Part shown: positions 20,225 to 28,682 of the stretch, in pieces
Layout of the letters: every line of letters begins with the position of its first letter
Position numbering within the stretch: position 1 is the first letter of the stretch
DNA from: Hyphomicrobiales bacterium
GTDB lineage: Bacteria > Pseudomonadota > Alphaproteobacteria > Rhizobiales > JACESI01
Reading direction: 5' to 3'
NCBI GenBank assembly: GCA_039964305.1
Contig: JBDVXS010000142.1
Location: 731-64,730 of the forward strand
Length of the DNA: 64,000 nucleotides
The notes under the pieces: model-generated
The model's input: only the letters and a program-made list of their open reading frames with translations
What the model was told of the DNA's origin: nothing
Database searches by the model: none
Translations under genes and position numbers: made by a program

Positions 20225-20881
20225 CTATTGGCTCGCCCAAGTGATTTTCATCATCCACTCAATGTTATCTTTATTGAGGCGCTGCTCCGCTTTTTCCGTA
20301 TTAAATGTCGTCAACATCACGGCATCATTGTCATTCTCAAGCAGTATGCGGACAAGGTGTTTACCTGTTGAGAGTTTTATAACCACGCGGTCACCGGCTT
20401 GGGTTCTCACCTGTCGGGATACAATGACAATGTCATTTTCGCGGTAAACTGGCAGCATTGAATTATCAGTAACTCTGCAAGCGTAATCACCGTCAAACTG
20501 GCCTTTAGGAAGGGGGATAATCTCCCATTTTCCTGCGCTGTCTTGAACATCTCCCTCAAAGAAACCGTTGTGTGGCAGCTCTGTTGGAATGGTGTTTACA
20601 TTAGAAGTGTAGACGAGGTCTGTGGCTGACCGAGGTGCTCCAACTCTACCATCGGGCTTCAAAATCATGCCAAAATCTAGAAAGTCAGTCTTGGTTACAT
20701 CAAGTACTTTTGCCAGTGATTCTGTTGATGGCCAACGTTCTCGGCCTTCTTTGCTGAAGCGTTTCGATTTGTTGAAAGCCGTTGCATCAAGCCCCGCTTT
20801 GCGCGCAAGCCCAGAAGGGCTAAGCCCATTTATATCTGCCAATCGATCGATGGCAGTCCAAATTTGGAGATGTCTGAACAT
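20225..20881 (-). CDS. HTH (XRE/cI-like) transcriptional regulator fused to an S24 LexA/cI-type autopeptidase domain
   Basis: The N-terminal HTH is IWTAIDRLADINGLSPSGLARKAGLDATAFNKSKR. The C-terminal S24 domain has the Ser motif (DNSMLP) and Lys (VVIKL). It is not canonical LexA, because the N-terminus differs. Confidence 0.75.
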   Translation of the reverse strand: MFRHLQIWTAIDRLADINGLSPSGLARKAGLDATAFNKSKRFSKEGRERWPSTESLAKVLDVTKTDFLDFGMILKPDGRVGAPRSATDLVYTSNVNTIPTELPHNGFFEGDVQDSAGKWEIIPLPKGQFDGDYACRVTDNSMLPVYRENDIVIVSRQVRTQAGDRVVIKLSTGKHLVRILLENDNDAVMLTTFNTEKAEQRLNKDNIEWMMKITWASQ

Positions 20882-21030
20882 TTTTACTACTCAAAGCAGG
20901 TGAAAATCCCGCTTTCCTTCTCCGTGATGATTCGAATTCTTGGAGGTGAATTGCTTCCTCCGACTGCATGAATTATCAAGCAATCGAATCTCTTATATCA
21001 CGGATAACGTGTATTGCAACTAAATACACG

Positions 21031-21645
21031 TTAAGAGTTTATAAAACTACGTCTGGTTGTAATGGCTTCATCTAGGAGTGAAATCCTATCCTGACCCCAA
21101 AAGCATTCGCCATTAAGCACATAGGAGGGGACGCCTAGTGCGCCTGCCTCTATGGCAAGTTGAGTGTTTTTGTCGCGTATCGTTGTTATTGCTTGGCTTT
21201 TCGCCAGATCCAAGGTCGCTTCTGGGTTGTGATTGTGCTTTTTAAGGAGGTTGAAAAGGGTAGTTTCATCGGCAATATTCTTTTCATGTACCCAAACTGA
21301 GGCAAATATTCCTGCCATGTATGGTTGTGGCTCCTCGCCTTGTTCTAACAGTGCAATGATTGTGTTGTCTGCAAGGGTTGGATCTACTGGGAAGTATTTC
21401 GGTTCTTTATTTAGGGGAACATTACGGTGTAGCGCGAAACGTTGGAGTTCAATTAAACGCATGCGTTGGCGAAGTACGGGACGCTCAGCTGGCGGTACGG
21501 CGCCAGTTTCTACCCAAATGCCACGTATATTTACGGGGCGTATGTTCAGCTTAAAGCCATGTTTTGCCGCAACTTCTTGGATTGGCTTGAAGCCAAGGTA
21601 GTTAAAGGGCGAAGATGATGTGAGGTAGTAATCGATCTCTTTCAT
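21031..21645 (-). CDS. 2-hydroxychromene-2-carboxylate isomerase / DsbA-like thioredoxin-fold family protein
   Basis: The N-terminus IDYYLTSSSPFNYLG has an SPF in place of CxxC. The C-terminus GALGVPSYVLNGECFWGQDRISLL is typical of the HCCA isomerase/GST-kappa family. Confidence 0.7.
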   Translation of the reverse strand: MKEIDYYLTSSSPFNYLGFKPIQEVAAKHGFKLNIRPVNIRGIWVETGAVPPAERPVLRQRMRLIELQRFALHRNVPLNKEPKYFPVDPTLADNTIIALLEQGEEPQPYMAGIFASVWVHEKNIADETTLFNLLKKHNHNPEATLDLAKSQAITTIRDKNTQLAIEAGALGVPSYVLNGECFWGQDRISLLDEAITTRRSFINS

Positions 21646-21678
21646 GGCGATTCTCTTTTTGAACGGGTAAGATTGTAT

Positions 21679-22248
21679 CTAAGACGCTACTCGATTTTTA
21701 CTCGGTGTAAGGCGCGCCTTCAAAAACGTGTCTTCGGTTTCCCCTATTATAGGAGTATCGCCGGAATATCCAATTATGTCTGCAATCTCATCAACAGTAA
21801 GGAATATGCGCTTTTTTCGGTTGTAAAATCCGACACGGGCAAGCGCTCTGGCTGCAATCACTTCTTCGCCATCTCGCATTACATAAAACGATTGTTCGGC
21901 CAAAACACCTGTTCCTTCGCCGCCTAAAAAGCGTGTTCGCATAGTAAAGAGTTCAAAGGGTTTTATCTCGCGGCGGTATTCAATGTGGTAGCCCGCAACC
22001 ATCGGCGCCCATTTCTCACGTTTAACAGCTTTACCAAGGCCCGCGCGAATGGCGTAATCAATGCGCCCAATATCTGTGAAGGCTGCGTAACGCGAATGAG
22101 TCATGTGAAAGTTGATATCGCAATCTGTCGGCCAAACCCGAAACGTCAATACGCTTTCGCCATGGGGATAGTCTATCTGCCCATGTTCTGTACGCGCCTT
22201 CCAAAAGGCTGTAATTACGGTCCAGACCAGACGGAATATAAGGTTCAT
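21679..22248 (-). CDS. hotdog-fold acyl-CoA thioesterase family protein
   Basis: 189 aa. The segment VWPTDCDINFHMTHSRYAAFTDIGRIDY resembles 4HBT-type thioesterases. It lies directly downstream of the beta-oxidation operon. Confidence 0.5.
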   Translation of the reverse strand: MNLIFRLVWTVITAFWKARTEHGQIDYPHGESVLTFRVWPTDCDINFHMTHSRYAAFTDIGRIDYAIRAGLGKAVKREKWAPMVAGYHIEYRREIKPFELFTMRTRFLGGEGTGVLAEQSFYVMRDGEEVIAARALARVGFYNRKKRIFLTVDEIADIIGYSGDTPIIGETEDTFLKARLTPSKNRVAS

Positions 22249-22335
22249 AACAATCGTCCCAATTCGTTGGGTGAGCTCAAAAAAATACCCGACACTTTTA
22301 CAAAGTGCCGGGCATCAATTCAATTTTCTTTAGAA

Positions 22336-24561
22336 TTAAGCAGCTTGATCAACGCCTGATTTAGGGTTGAACCGCTCATAAAAGCTCTCGCCATTCTTCG
22401 CCATTTCAAGCAATAGCTTGTTTGGCTTAAAGCGAACGCCGTGTTTCTTTTGCAGCTTTTTGCAAAGAGTGACGAAGTTCTCGGTGCCGATCATATCGAT
22501 GTAAGACAAGGTGCCACCAGACCAAGGCGCAAAGCCAAAGCCTAGAATGGAGCCAACGTCTGCTTCACGAACATCGGTGACTACACCTTCTTGGAATACA
22601 CGAGCGGCTTCCAAAGCTTGTGAGACAAGCAAGCGGTCTTTCAACTCTTGCACGTCCAAAGCGTCTGTATCTTCAATTTGCGGATACATATCTTTTAGGC
22701 CTGGCCAAAGATGCTTCTTGCCTGGTTTTGGTGGGTACTCATAAAAGCCTTTAGCGTTTTTGCGGCCAAGACGTCCGTGCTTGTCTACCATCGTGTCAAC
22801 CAGTGACATCAGTTCAGGATCAACGGCTTTCTCGCCAAGGTCAGCAATGGTTGCGCGCATGATTTTCTGGGCAAGGTCGATGGCCACTTCGTCATTAAGA
22901 GAGAGCGGGCCAACAGGCATGCCTGCCATTTTCGCAACATTTTCAATCATCGCCGCCGGAACACCTTCCGTCAGCATCAAATGACCTTCGCGGATATAGT
23001 TGAGCACGCAACGGTTGGCATAAAAGCCGCGTGTATCGTTCACAACAATCGGTGTCTTCTTGATCATGCGTACATAATCAAGAGCAGTCGCCAGTGCTTT
23101 GTCGCCGGTCTTTTTGCCGACGATCAACTCAACCAGCATCATCTTATCAACGGGTGAGAAGAAGTGGATGCCGATGAAGTTTTTAGGGCGCTTGGATGCT
23201 TGCGCCAAACCGGTGATTGGCAAGGTCGATGTGTTAGAAGCAAAGATGCAATCAGGTTTGATAACGGCTTCAACTTGCTCGGTCACAGCACGCTTGATTT
23301 CGCGTTCTTCAAACACAGCTTCAATCACAAGATCAACATCTGCAAGCTCATTATAGTCGGTCGTTGCCGTAATGAGATTGAGTAGTTTCTCTTTGTCTTC
23401 TGCTTTTGCTGAGCCACGCTGTACTTGCTTGGTCATCAAGGCATCTGAATGAGCCTTGCCCTTGTCGGCAGCTTCTTGTTCGCGATCAATGAGCACGACA
23501 GGAATACCCGCTTTTGCGGTTACAAAAGCAATGCCAGCACCCATAAAGCCTGCGCCAATGACGCCAATCTTTTTGATGTTGCTTGGAGCAACCCCATCTG
23601 GACGACGAGCGCCTTTTTCAAGCTCGCCTTTTGACAGGAAGAGCGAGCGGATCATGTTACCTGCCTGCGGTGATTTCATGCAGGCTGTGAAGTAACGCGC
23701 TTCAATGCGAAGGCCAGTATCCATCGGCACCATTGAGCCTTCATAGACGCAAGACAAGATGTGCTGCGCTGCTGGGTAGTTCATGGCTGTTTGGCCGCGC
23801 AAAATGGCGTTGGCTGCTGGCCAAAGCTGCATACCAGCTGGTGTATAAACACGGCCACCAGGTGCCTTGAAGCCTTTTTGATCCCAAGGCGCAACCGTTG
23901 GTACGATGCCGTCTTTGATCATTTGTTTGGCAGCTTCAATAAGCTTGTCTGCTGGCGCTACATCATCAATAAGCCCAAGCGCTTTTGCTTTGATTGCTTT
24001 GAGACGTTGACCTTGTATGAGCATTTGCAAGGCTTGCTGCATATCTTTTGCGAGACGAGACACACGCTGTGTGCCGCCTGCACCTGGCAAGAGGCCAACC
24101 TGCACTTCTGGGAGTGCGAGGCGAAGCTTGTCATGGTCTGAGGCAACACGGGCGTGGCAAGAAAGAGCAAGCTCTAACGCGCCACCCATGCAGGTACCAT
24201 TGATTGCGCAGACAGTTGGCTTTTCAACCTTTTCCCATGCGCGGTAAATCGCACCAAGACGGGAAACGCCCTCAAACAACATTTGCGTTGCGGCTTCTTC
24301 GTCTTTGGCTTTTGCTTCATTGTATGTTTGGAGCGAGCCTTCCAACATGGAAAGATCTGCGCCGCCTGAGAAGCTATCTTTTTTGCCAGAGCAAATGATG
24401 GCGCCTTTAATCGCGTCATTTTCGCTGACTTCTTTGGTGAAGGCGACAATGTCATCCATGACGGTATCATCAATCACGTTCATGGATTTATCTGCCATGT
24501 CCCAAGTGATGAGAGCAATGCCGTCGCTGTCGACGTCGAGGGTGAAGTTTTTATAAGTCAT
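22336..24561 (-). CDS. fatty-acid oxidation complex alpha subunit type: enoyl-CoA hydratase / 3-hydroxyacyl-CoA dehydrogenase (FadB/FadJ-like)
   Basis: 741 aa. The N-terminal crotonase domain contains FSGGADL and GTCMGGALELAL. The central NAD fold is IGVIGAGFMGAGIA, followed by 3HCDH C-terminal domains. Confidence 0.9.
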   Translation of the reverse strand: MTYKNFTLDVDSDGIALITWDMADKSMNVIDDTVMDDIVAFTKEVSENDAIKGAIICSGKKDSFSGGADLSMLEGSLQTYNEAKAKDEEAATQMLFEGVSRLGAIYRAWEKVEKPTVCAINGTCMGGALELALSCHARVASDHDKLRLALPEVQVGLLPGAGGTQRVSRLAKDMQQALQMLIQGQRLKAIKAKALGLIDDVAPADKLIEAAKQMIKDGIVPTVAPWDQKGFKAPGGRVYTPAGMQLWPAANAILRGQTAMNYPAAQHILSCVYEGSMVPMDTGLRIEARYFTACMKSPQAGNMIRSLFLSKGELEKGARRPDGVAPSNIKKIGVIGAGFMGAGIAFVTAKAGIPVVLIDREQEAADKGKAHSDALMTKQVQRGSAKAEDKEKLLNLITATTDYNELADVDLVIEAVFEEREIKRAVTEQVEAVIKPDCIFASNTSTLPITGLAQASKRPKNFIGIHFFSPVDKMMLVELIVGKKTGDKALATALDYVRMIKKTPIVVNDTRGFYANRCVLNYIREGHLMLTEGVPAAMIENVAKMAGMPVGPLSLNDEVAIDLAQKIMRATIADLGEKAVDPELMSLVDTMVDKHGRLGRKNAKGFYEYPPKPGKKHLWPGLKDMYPQIEDTDALDVQELKDRLLVSQALEAARVFQEGVVTDVREADVGSILGFGFAPWSGGTLSYIDMIGTENFVTLCKKLQKKHGVRFKPNKLLLEMAKNGESFYERFNPKSGVDQAA

Positions 24562-24576
24562 CTGTTTGTCCTCGCC

Positions 24577-25785
24577 CTAAACGCGTTCAATGATTGTTGC
24601 TGTGCCCATACCAGCACCGATGCACAAAGTGACCAGTGCCGTGTTGAGGTCGCGACGTTCTAATTCATCAAGAACAGTGCCCAAGATCATAGCGCCCGTT
24701 GCACCAAGTGGATGGCCAAGCGCAATTGCGCCGCCTGCAACGTTGATTTTATTGTGGTCAATATCGAAGGCCTGCATGTAGCGAAGCACGACAGAAGCAA
24801 ACGCCTCGTTGAGCTCGAACAGATCAATGTCGTCGGGCGTCATCTTCGCATTTTTGAAAAGCTTCTCGGTCACATCAACTGGACCTGTCAGCATAAGCGC
24901 TGGTTCAGAACCAATATTGGCAAAAGCTTTAATGCGTGCGCGGGGTGTCAGGCTGTTCTTCTTGCCAGCGCGTTTTGAGCCGATCAAGACGGCTGCTGCC
25001 CCATCAACAATACCAGATGAGTTGCCCGCGTGGTGAACGTGGTTGACGCTTTCAAGTTCAGGATGCGCTTGTATGCCGACCTGATTAAAGCCACCCATAT
25101 TGCCCATCATTTCAAAAGATGGATTGAGCGAGGCAAGTGATTGCATGTCTGTGCCTGGACGACGGTGTTCGTCATTATCCAAAATGGTCAGACCGTTGAT
25201 GTCTTTGACCTTGATCACTGATTTATCAAAGTGACCTTTGTCCCAGCTTTCAGCCGAACGTTTTTGGCTTTCAACAGCATAAGCATCCACATCATCACGG
25301 GAGAAACCGTATTTTGAGGCGATCAAGTCAGCCGATACGCCTTGCGGCATGAAATAAGAAGGAAGAGCAACCGCTGGATCAACGGGCCACGCACCACCAG
25401 ATGCACCAAGGCCAATGCGAGACATGCTCTCAACACCGCCTGCAACAACCAAATCATGCTGGCCAGCCATCACTTGGCTTGCACCCATATTAACCGCATC
25501 AAGACCTGAGGCGCAAAAACGATTGATTTGCATGCCAGGTACAGACTTATCATAGCCCGCTGAGAAGACGGCAGCGCGCGCAATGTCGCCACCAGCTTCA
25601 CCCACAGGGTCGACGCACCCAAGCACCACATCGTCGAGCTGCTTGGTGTCGAGTTCGCTGCGATCGCGGATCGCGCTTAGGGTTTGGCTTGCGAGATTAA
25701 CCGCTGTCACTTCATGCAGTGAGCCGTCTTTCTTGCCGCGTCCACGGGGGGTGCGAACATGGTCGTAGATAAAGGCTTCAGCCAT
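24577..25785 (-). CDS. acetyl-CoA C-acyltransferase (3-ketoacyl-CoA thiolase, FadA-like)
   Basis: The active-site Cys region is INRFCASGLDAV. The C-terminal thiolase signatures are NEAFASV and GGAIALGHPLGATGA...LCIGAGMG. Confidence 0.9.
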   Translation of the reverse strand: MAEAFIYDHVRTPRGRGKKDGSLHEVTAVNLASQTLSAIRDRSELDTKQLDDVVLGCVDPVGEAGGDIARAAVFSAGYDKSVPGMQINRFCASGLDAVNMGASQVMAGQHDLVVAGGVESMSRIGLGASGGAWPVDPAVALPSYFMPQGVSADLIASKYGFSRDDVDAYAVESQKRSAESWDKGHFDKSVIKVKDINGLTILDNDEHRRPGTDMQSLASLNPSFEMMGNMGGFNQVGIQAHPELESVNHVHHAGNSSGIVDGAAAVLIGSKRAGKKNSLTPRARIKAFANIGSEPALMLTGPVDVTEKLFKNAKMTPDDIDLFELNEAFASVVLRYMQAFDIDHNKINVAGGAIALGHPLGATGAMILGTVLDELERRDLNTALVTLCIGAGMGTATIIERV

Positions 25786-25814
25786 AGTCTGTTCTCCTCA
25801 ATGTGGATTGGTTT

Positions 25815-27602
25815 TTAGAATTGGTCGGCAGGCAAAGACATCATTATCTCTGAACCTGCTGAAATTCTCGCCAATCTCATAGTTGTTTCTGGCATCATAC
25901 GTTCCATGTAAAAGCGGCCAGTAATCAGTTTAGTCTGGTAGAATGGGTTGTCATCATTAGCTGCTTTTTCGAGCGCTACTTTTGCCATTTGAGCCCACAT
26001 ATAACCAAGCGCTACCGTGCCGAACATATGCATATAGTCGACAGAGCCAGCACCCGCATTATCTGGGTTGCTCATTGCATTTTGCATAAACCACATGGTC
26101 GCTGCTTGAAGGTCTCCAAGCCCTTTTTTGAGCGGCGCTGTATAGGTGGCCATCTCTTCAATGTCGGCGGTTTCTTTGATGAAACCTTCCACTTCAGCAA
26201 AGAATGCCATAACCGCTTTGCCGCCATCCTTTGGCAACTTACGGCCAACAAGATCGAGAGCCTGCACGCCGTTTGCGCCTTCATAAATCATGGCAATGCG
26301 CGCATCACGCACAAATTGCTCCATGCCCCATTCAGACACATAGCCATGGCCTCCATACATTTGTTGCGCAGACACAGTGTTATCAAAACCAACATCCGTC
26401 ATCACGCCTTTGATAACAGGCGTTAACAGGCCCATGAAATCATCTGCAATCGCACGTTCTTTTTCATCATCAGCACGGTGTGCAATGTCGCCTTTCAACG
26501 CGGTCCACAAGAGAAGGGCGCGGGCACTTTCGTTAAACGCTTTAATGCGCATGAGTGTGCGGCGCACATCTGGGTGCACCATCAAAGGGTCTGCTTTTTG
26601 GTCAGGGTTTTTGTCACCCGTCAGTGAGCGCCCTTGCACGCGGTCATTGGCGTAGGCAACAGCATTTTGGTAGGCAACTTCTGATTGGGAAAGACCTTGA
26701 ATGCCAACACCAAGACGGGCTTCGTTCATCATGGTGAACATGGCGCGAAGACCTTTGTTTTCTTCACCGATGAGATAGCCCGTTGCTTCGTCATAATTCA
26801 TGACGCAGGTAGAGTTGCCGTGAATACCCATTTTCTCTTCGACAGAGCCACAAGAAACAAGATTGCGGTCGCCAATTTCACCATCATCTGAAATGTGGAA
26901 CTTCGGCACGATAAACAGTGAAATGCCTTTGGTTCCTTCAGGTGCGCCTTCAATACGGGCAAGCACGAGGTGAATGATGTTTTCTGTAATATCTTGTTCG
27001 CCAGCCGAGATGAAGATTTTCTGGCCAGAAATTTTGTAAGAGCCATCATCTTGCGGCACAGCTTTTGATTTGATGAGACCCAAATCTGTCCCGCAATGCG
27101 GTTCAGTCAAGTTCATCGTGCCAGTCCATTGACCTGAAATCATGTTTGGCAGGTATTTTTGTTTCTGCTCAGCATCGGCGTGTACCTGAATGGCTGCAAT
27201 CGCACCCTGTGTCAGGCCGTGATACATGCTCCATGCCATATTGGCCGAAGAGGTATATTCGCTTGATGCTGCATTCAAAACGTAAGGCAGGCCCTGTCCG
27301 CCATATTCTGGGTCGCAGGCCATACCGATTAGGCCAAGTTCAGCAAATTGGTGGAAGGCATCGCCAAAACCAGTTGGTGTTTTAACCGAGCCATCATCAG
27401 CGCGCACGCAGCCTTCTTTGTCACCAATTAGGTTGAGAGGTTGAATGACTTCTTCAGAAAAACGACCAGTCTCACTCAATATAGCTTCCACCATATCAGG
27501 CGATGCGTCTTCAAAACCTGGCAAGTTGTTGTATTTTTCCATTTTCAAAACATCATTGAGTATGAAAAGGGTGTCATCGACGGGTGCTTTATAACTTGGC
27601 AT
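25815..27602 (-). CDS. long acyl-CoA dehydrogenase (about 595 aa, FadE/AidB-like with C-terminal extension)
   Basis: ACAD N, middle and C domains are present ([10 protein letters not shown], ...[30 protein letters not shown]). The ATG at 27602 is preceded by GGAGGT. The track ORF starts 4 codons earlier, at 27614. Confidence 0.9.
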   Translation of the reverse strand: MPSYKAPVDDTLFILNDVLKMEKYNNLPGFEDASPDMVEAILSETGRFSEEVIQPLNLIGDKEGCVRADDGSVKTPTGFGDAFHQFAELGLIGMACDPEYGGQGLPYVLNAASSEYTSSANMAWSMYHGLTQGAIAAIQVHADAEQKQKYLPNMISGQWTGTMNLTEPHCGTDLGLIKSKAVPQDDGSYKISGQKIFISAGEQDITENIIHLVLARIEGAPEGTKGISLFIVPKFHISDDGEIGDRNLVSCGSVEEKMGIHGNSTCVMNYDEATGYLIGEENKGLRAMFTMMNEARLGVGIQGLSQSEVAYQNAVAYANDRVQGRSLTGDKNPDQKADPLMVHPDVRRTLMRIKAFNESARALLLWTALKGDIAHRADDEKERAIADDFMGLLTPVIKGVMTDVGFDNTVSAQQMYGGHGYVSEWGMEQFVRDARIAMIYEGANGVQALDLVGRKLPKDGGKAVMAFFAEVEGFIKETADIEEMATYTAPLKKGLGDLQAATMWFMQNAMSNPDNAGAGSVDYMHMFGTVALGYMWAQMAKVALEKAANDDNPFYQTKLITGRFYMERMMPETTMRLARISAGSEIMMSLPADQF

Positions 27603-27615
27603 TTTTACCTCCATA

Positions 27616-27633
27616 GCTTACGTTAACGTAAGC
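27616..27633. promoter_or_regulatory. perfect 18-bp palindrome GCTTACGTTAACGTAAGC, candidate operator of the adjacent MerR-family regulator
   Basis: The sequence is exactly self-complementary. It lies 14 nt upstream of the acyl-CoA dehydrogenase ATG. On the coding strand it is bracketed by GTGACG (-35-like) and CTATGG (-10-like). Confidence 0.45.
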
Positions 27634-27908
27634 GTCACTTATTAAGTTAGAGATAGCCAAACCGATAGAAATTTTCAAGGGCTTTGATACTCAAACTCGT
27701 TAAAATGTGCCTGCATATGCCTATTCGGCGCCAGAATTAGCAGGATTCACTGTTTTGGTTTCCACATCTCACAACATAGTGACGCATATTTTCATGGCTT
27801 GGGAAAGGGGATGCGATCTCAAAACCGCCATCTATGCAATCAATTTAGCCATTTAAATAAAAGAGCACTCGAATTGGTGAGCGCTTAAAAAGAGTGTTTT
27901 TGAAAGCC

Positions 27909-28286
27909 TTATTTGCTTTCTTTTTCTACGAGCATCCCTTCAACGATCATCACAGTTTGCGATAGTTCGCCAATTGCTTGCTCAACATCCTGTTTTTGCT
28001 TTTCGAGCAAGGCAATTTGTTCATTGAATCGCTTGAGAGAAACTTTCAACTGGGTGGATTGTCCGTCCTTCAAGTCATAAAGGTCGAGCATCTCTTTAAT
28101 TTCTTTCAATGAGAAACCAACGCGCTTTCCCATGATTACAAGCTTTAACCGTGCGCGGTCACGACGGCTATAAATGCGTGTCACGCCGTCGCGGCGAGGG
28201 TGGATAAGATTTTTGTCTTCATAAAAGCGTAGAGTCCGCAAACTCACATCAAATTCCTTGGCAAGATCTCCAATTGTGAAGGCCAT
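27909..28286 (-). CDS. MerR family transcriptional regulator (LiuR-like)
   Basis: The N-terminal MerR HTH is FTIGDLAKEFDVSLRTLRFYEDKNLIHPRRDG, followed by a coiled-coil dimerisation helix. It lies upstream of, and co-oriented with, the acyl-CoA dehydrogenase operon. Confidence 0.85.
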   Translation of the reverse strand: MAFTIGDLAKEFDVSLRTLRFYEDKNLIHPRRDGVTRIYSRRDRARLKLVIMGKRVGFSLKEIKEMLDLYDLKDGQSTQLKVSLKRFNEQIALLEKQKQDVEQAIGELSQTVMIVEGMLVEKESK

Positions 28287-28682
28287 TGATGTTCTCCAGT
28301 TTTACCCCGCTTGAGGGGCTGCTTGTTTGATGTCCTAAGGAGCGCTGCACGCATGCCATAATTGTTGGCAACTGACAGATCGGCCTTTTCGAACCAGTTC
28401 TTTGCGGTTCGGCATTAGGCAACCCTCAGTTGCATTTGGAATAACGTTTCATGCACTTTACGTAAAGGTTAGCATATATAGACTTTAGTTTAATTATGCA
28501 ACTATGATTTCGATATGTTTTTTAGGAACATGTTCTTGTTTTGGCCCGCAGTCCCAATTTGGCACTAAAATTATAAGGCCCTTCCTGAAAACTATAGGCT
28601 TTATGGAGGCAAAACAGTGCGAAAAGTTAAGTTTTTTAAAATCCGTTAACTCCGCGTTTACCACGTTTAACGAAAACTGAGC

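Noticed and set aside
20205-20227. Hairpin GCGAGCC-TATT-GGCTCGC between the deacetylase and the S24 regulator, considered as a terminator
   Set aside because: No U-tract follows on either strand, and half of the stem is the last codons of the S24 regulator gene. Any terminator function is unsupported.
28560-28575. Sigma-54-like promoter TGGCAC-N5-TTATA upstream of the podJ-like gene (rpoN is in this window)
   Set aside because: The -24 element is perfect, but the essential -12 GC dinucleotide is missing (TTAT instead of TTGC). No enhancer-binding protein gene is nearby.
28627-28670. CtrA-box-like TTAA repeats upstream of the podJ-like gene, and a similar GTTAATTTTTCTTAAC at about 34780 upstream of rnd
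   Set aside because: The spacing is TTAA-N6-TTAA or has mismatched half sites rather than the canonical TTAA-N7-TTAA. The regions are AT-rich, so chance matches are likely.
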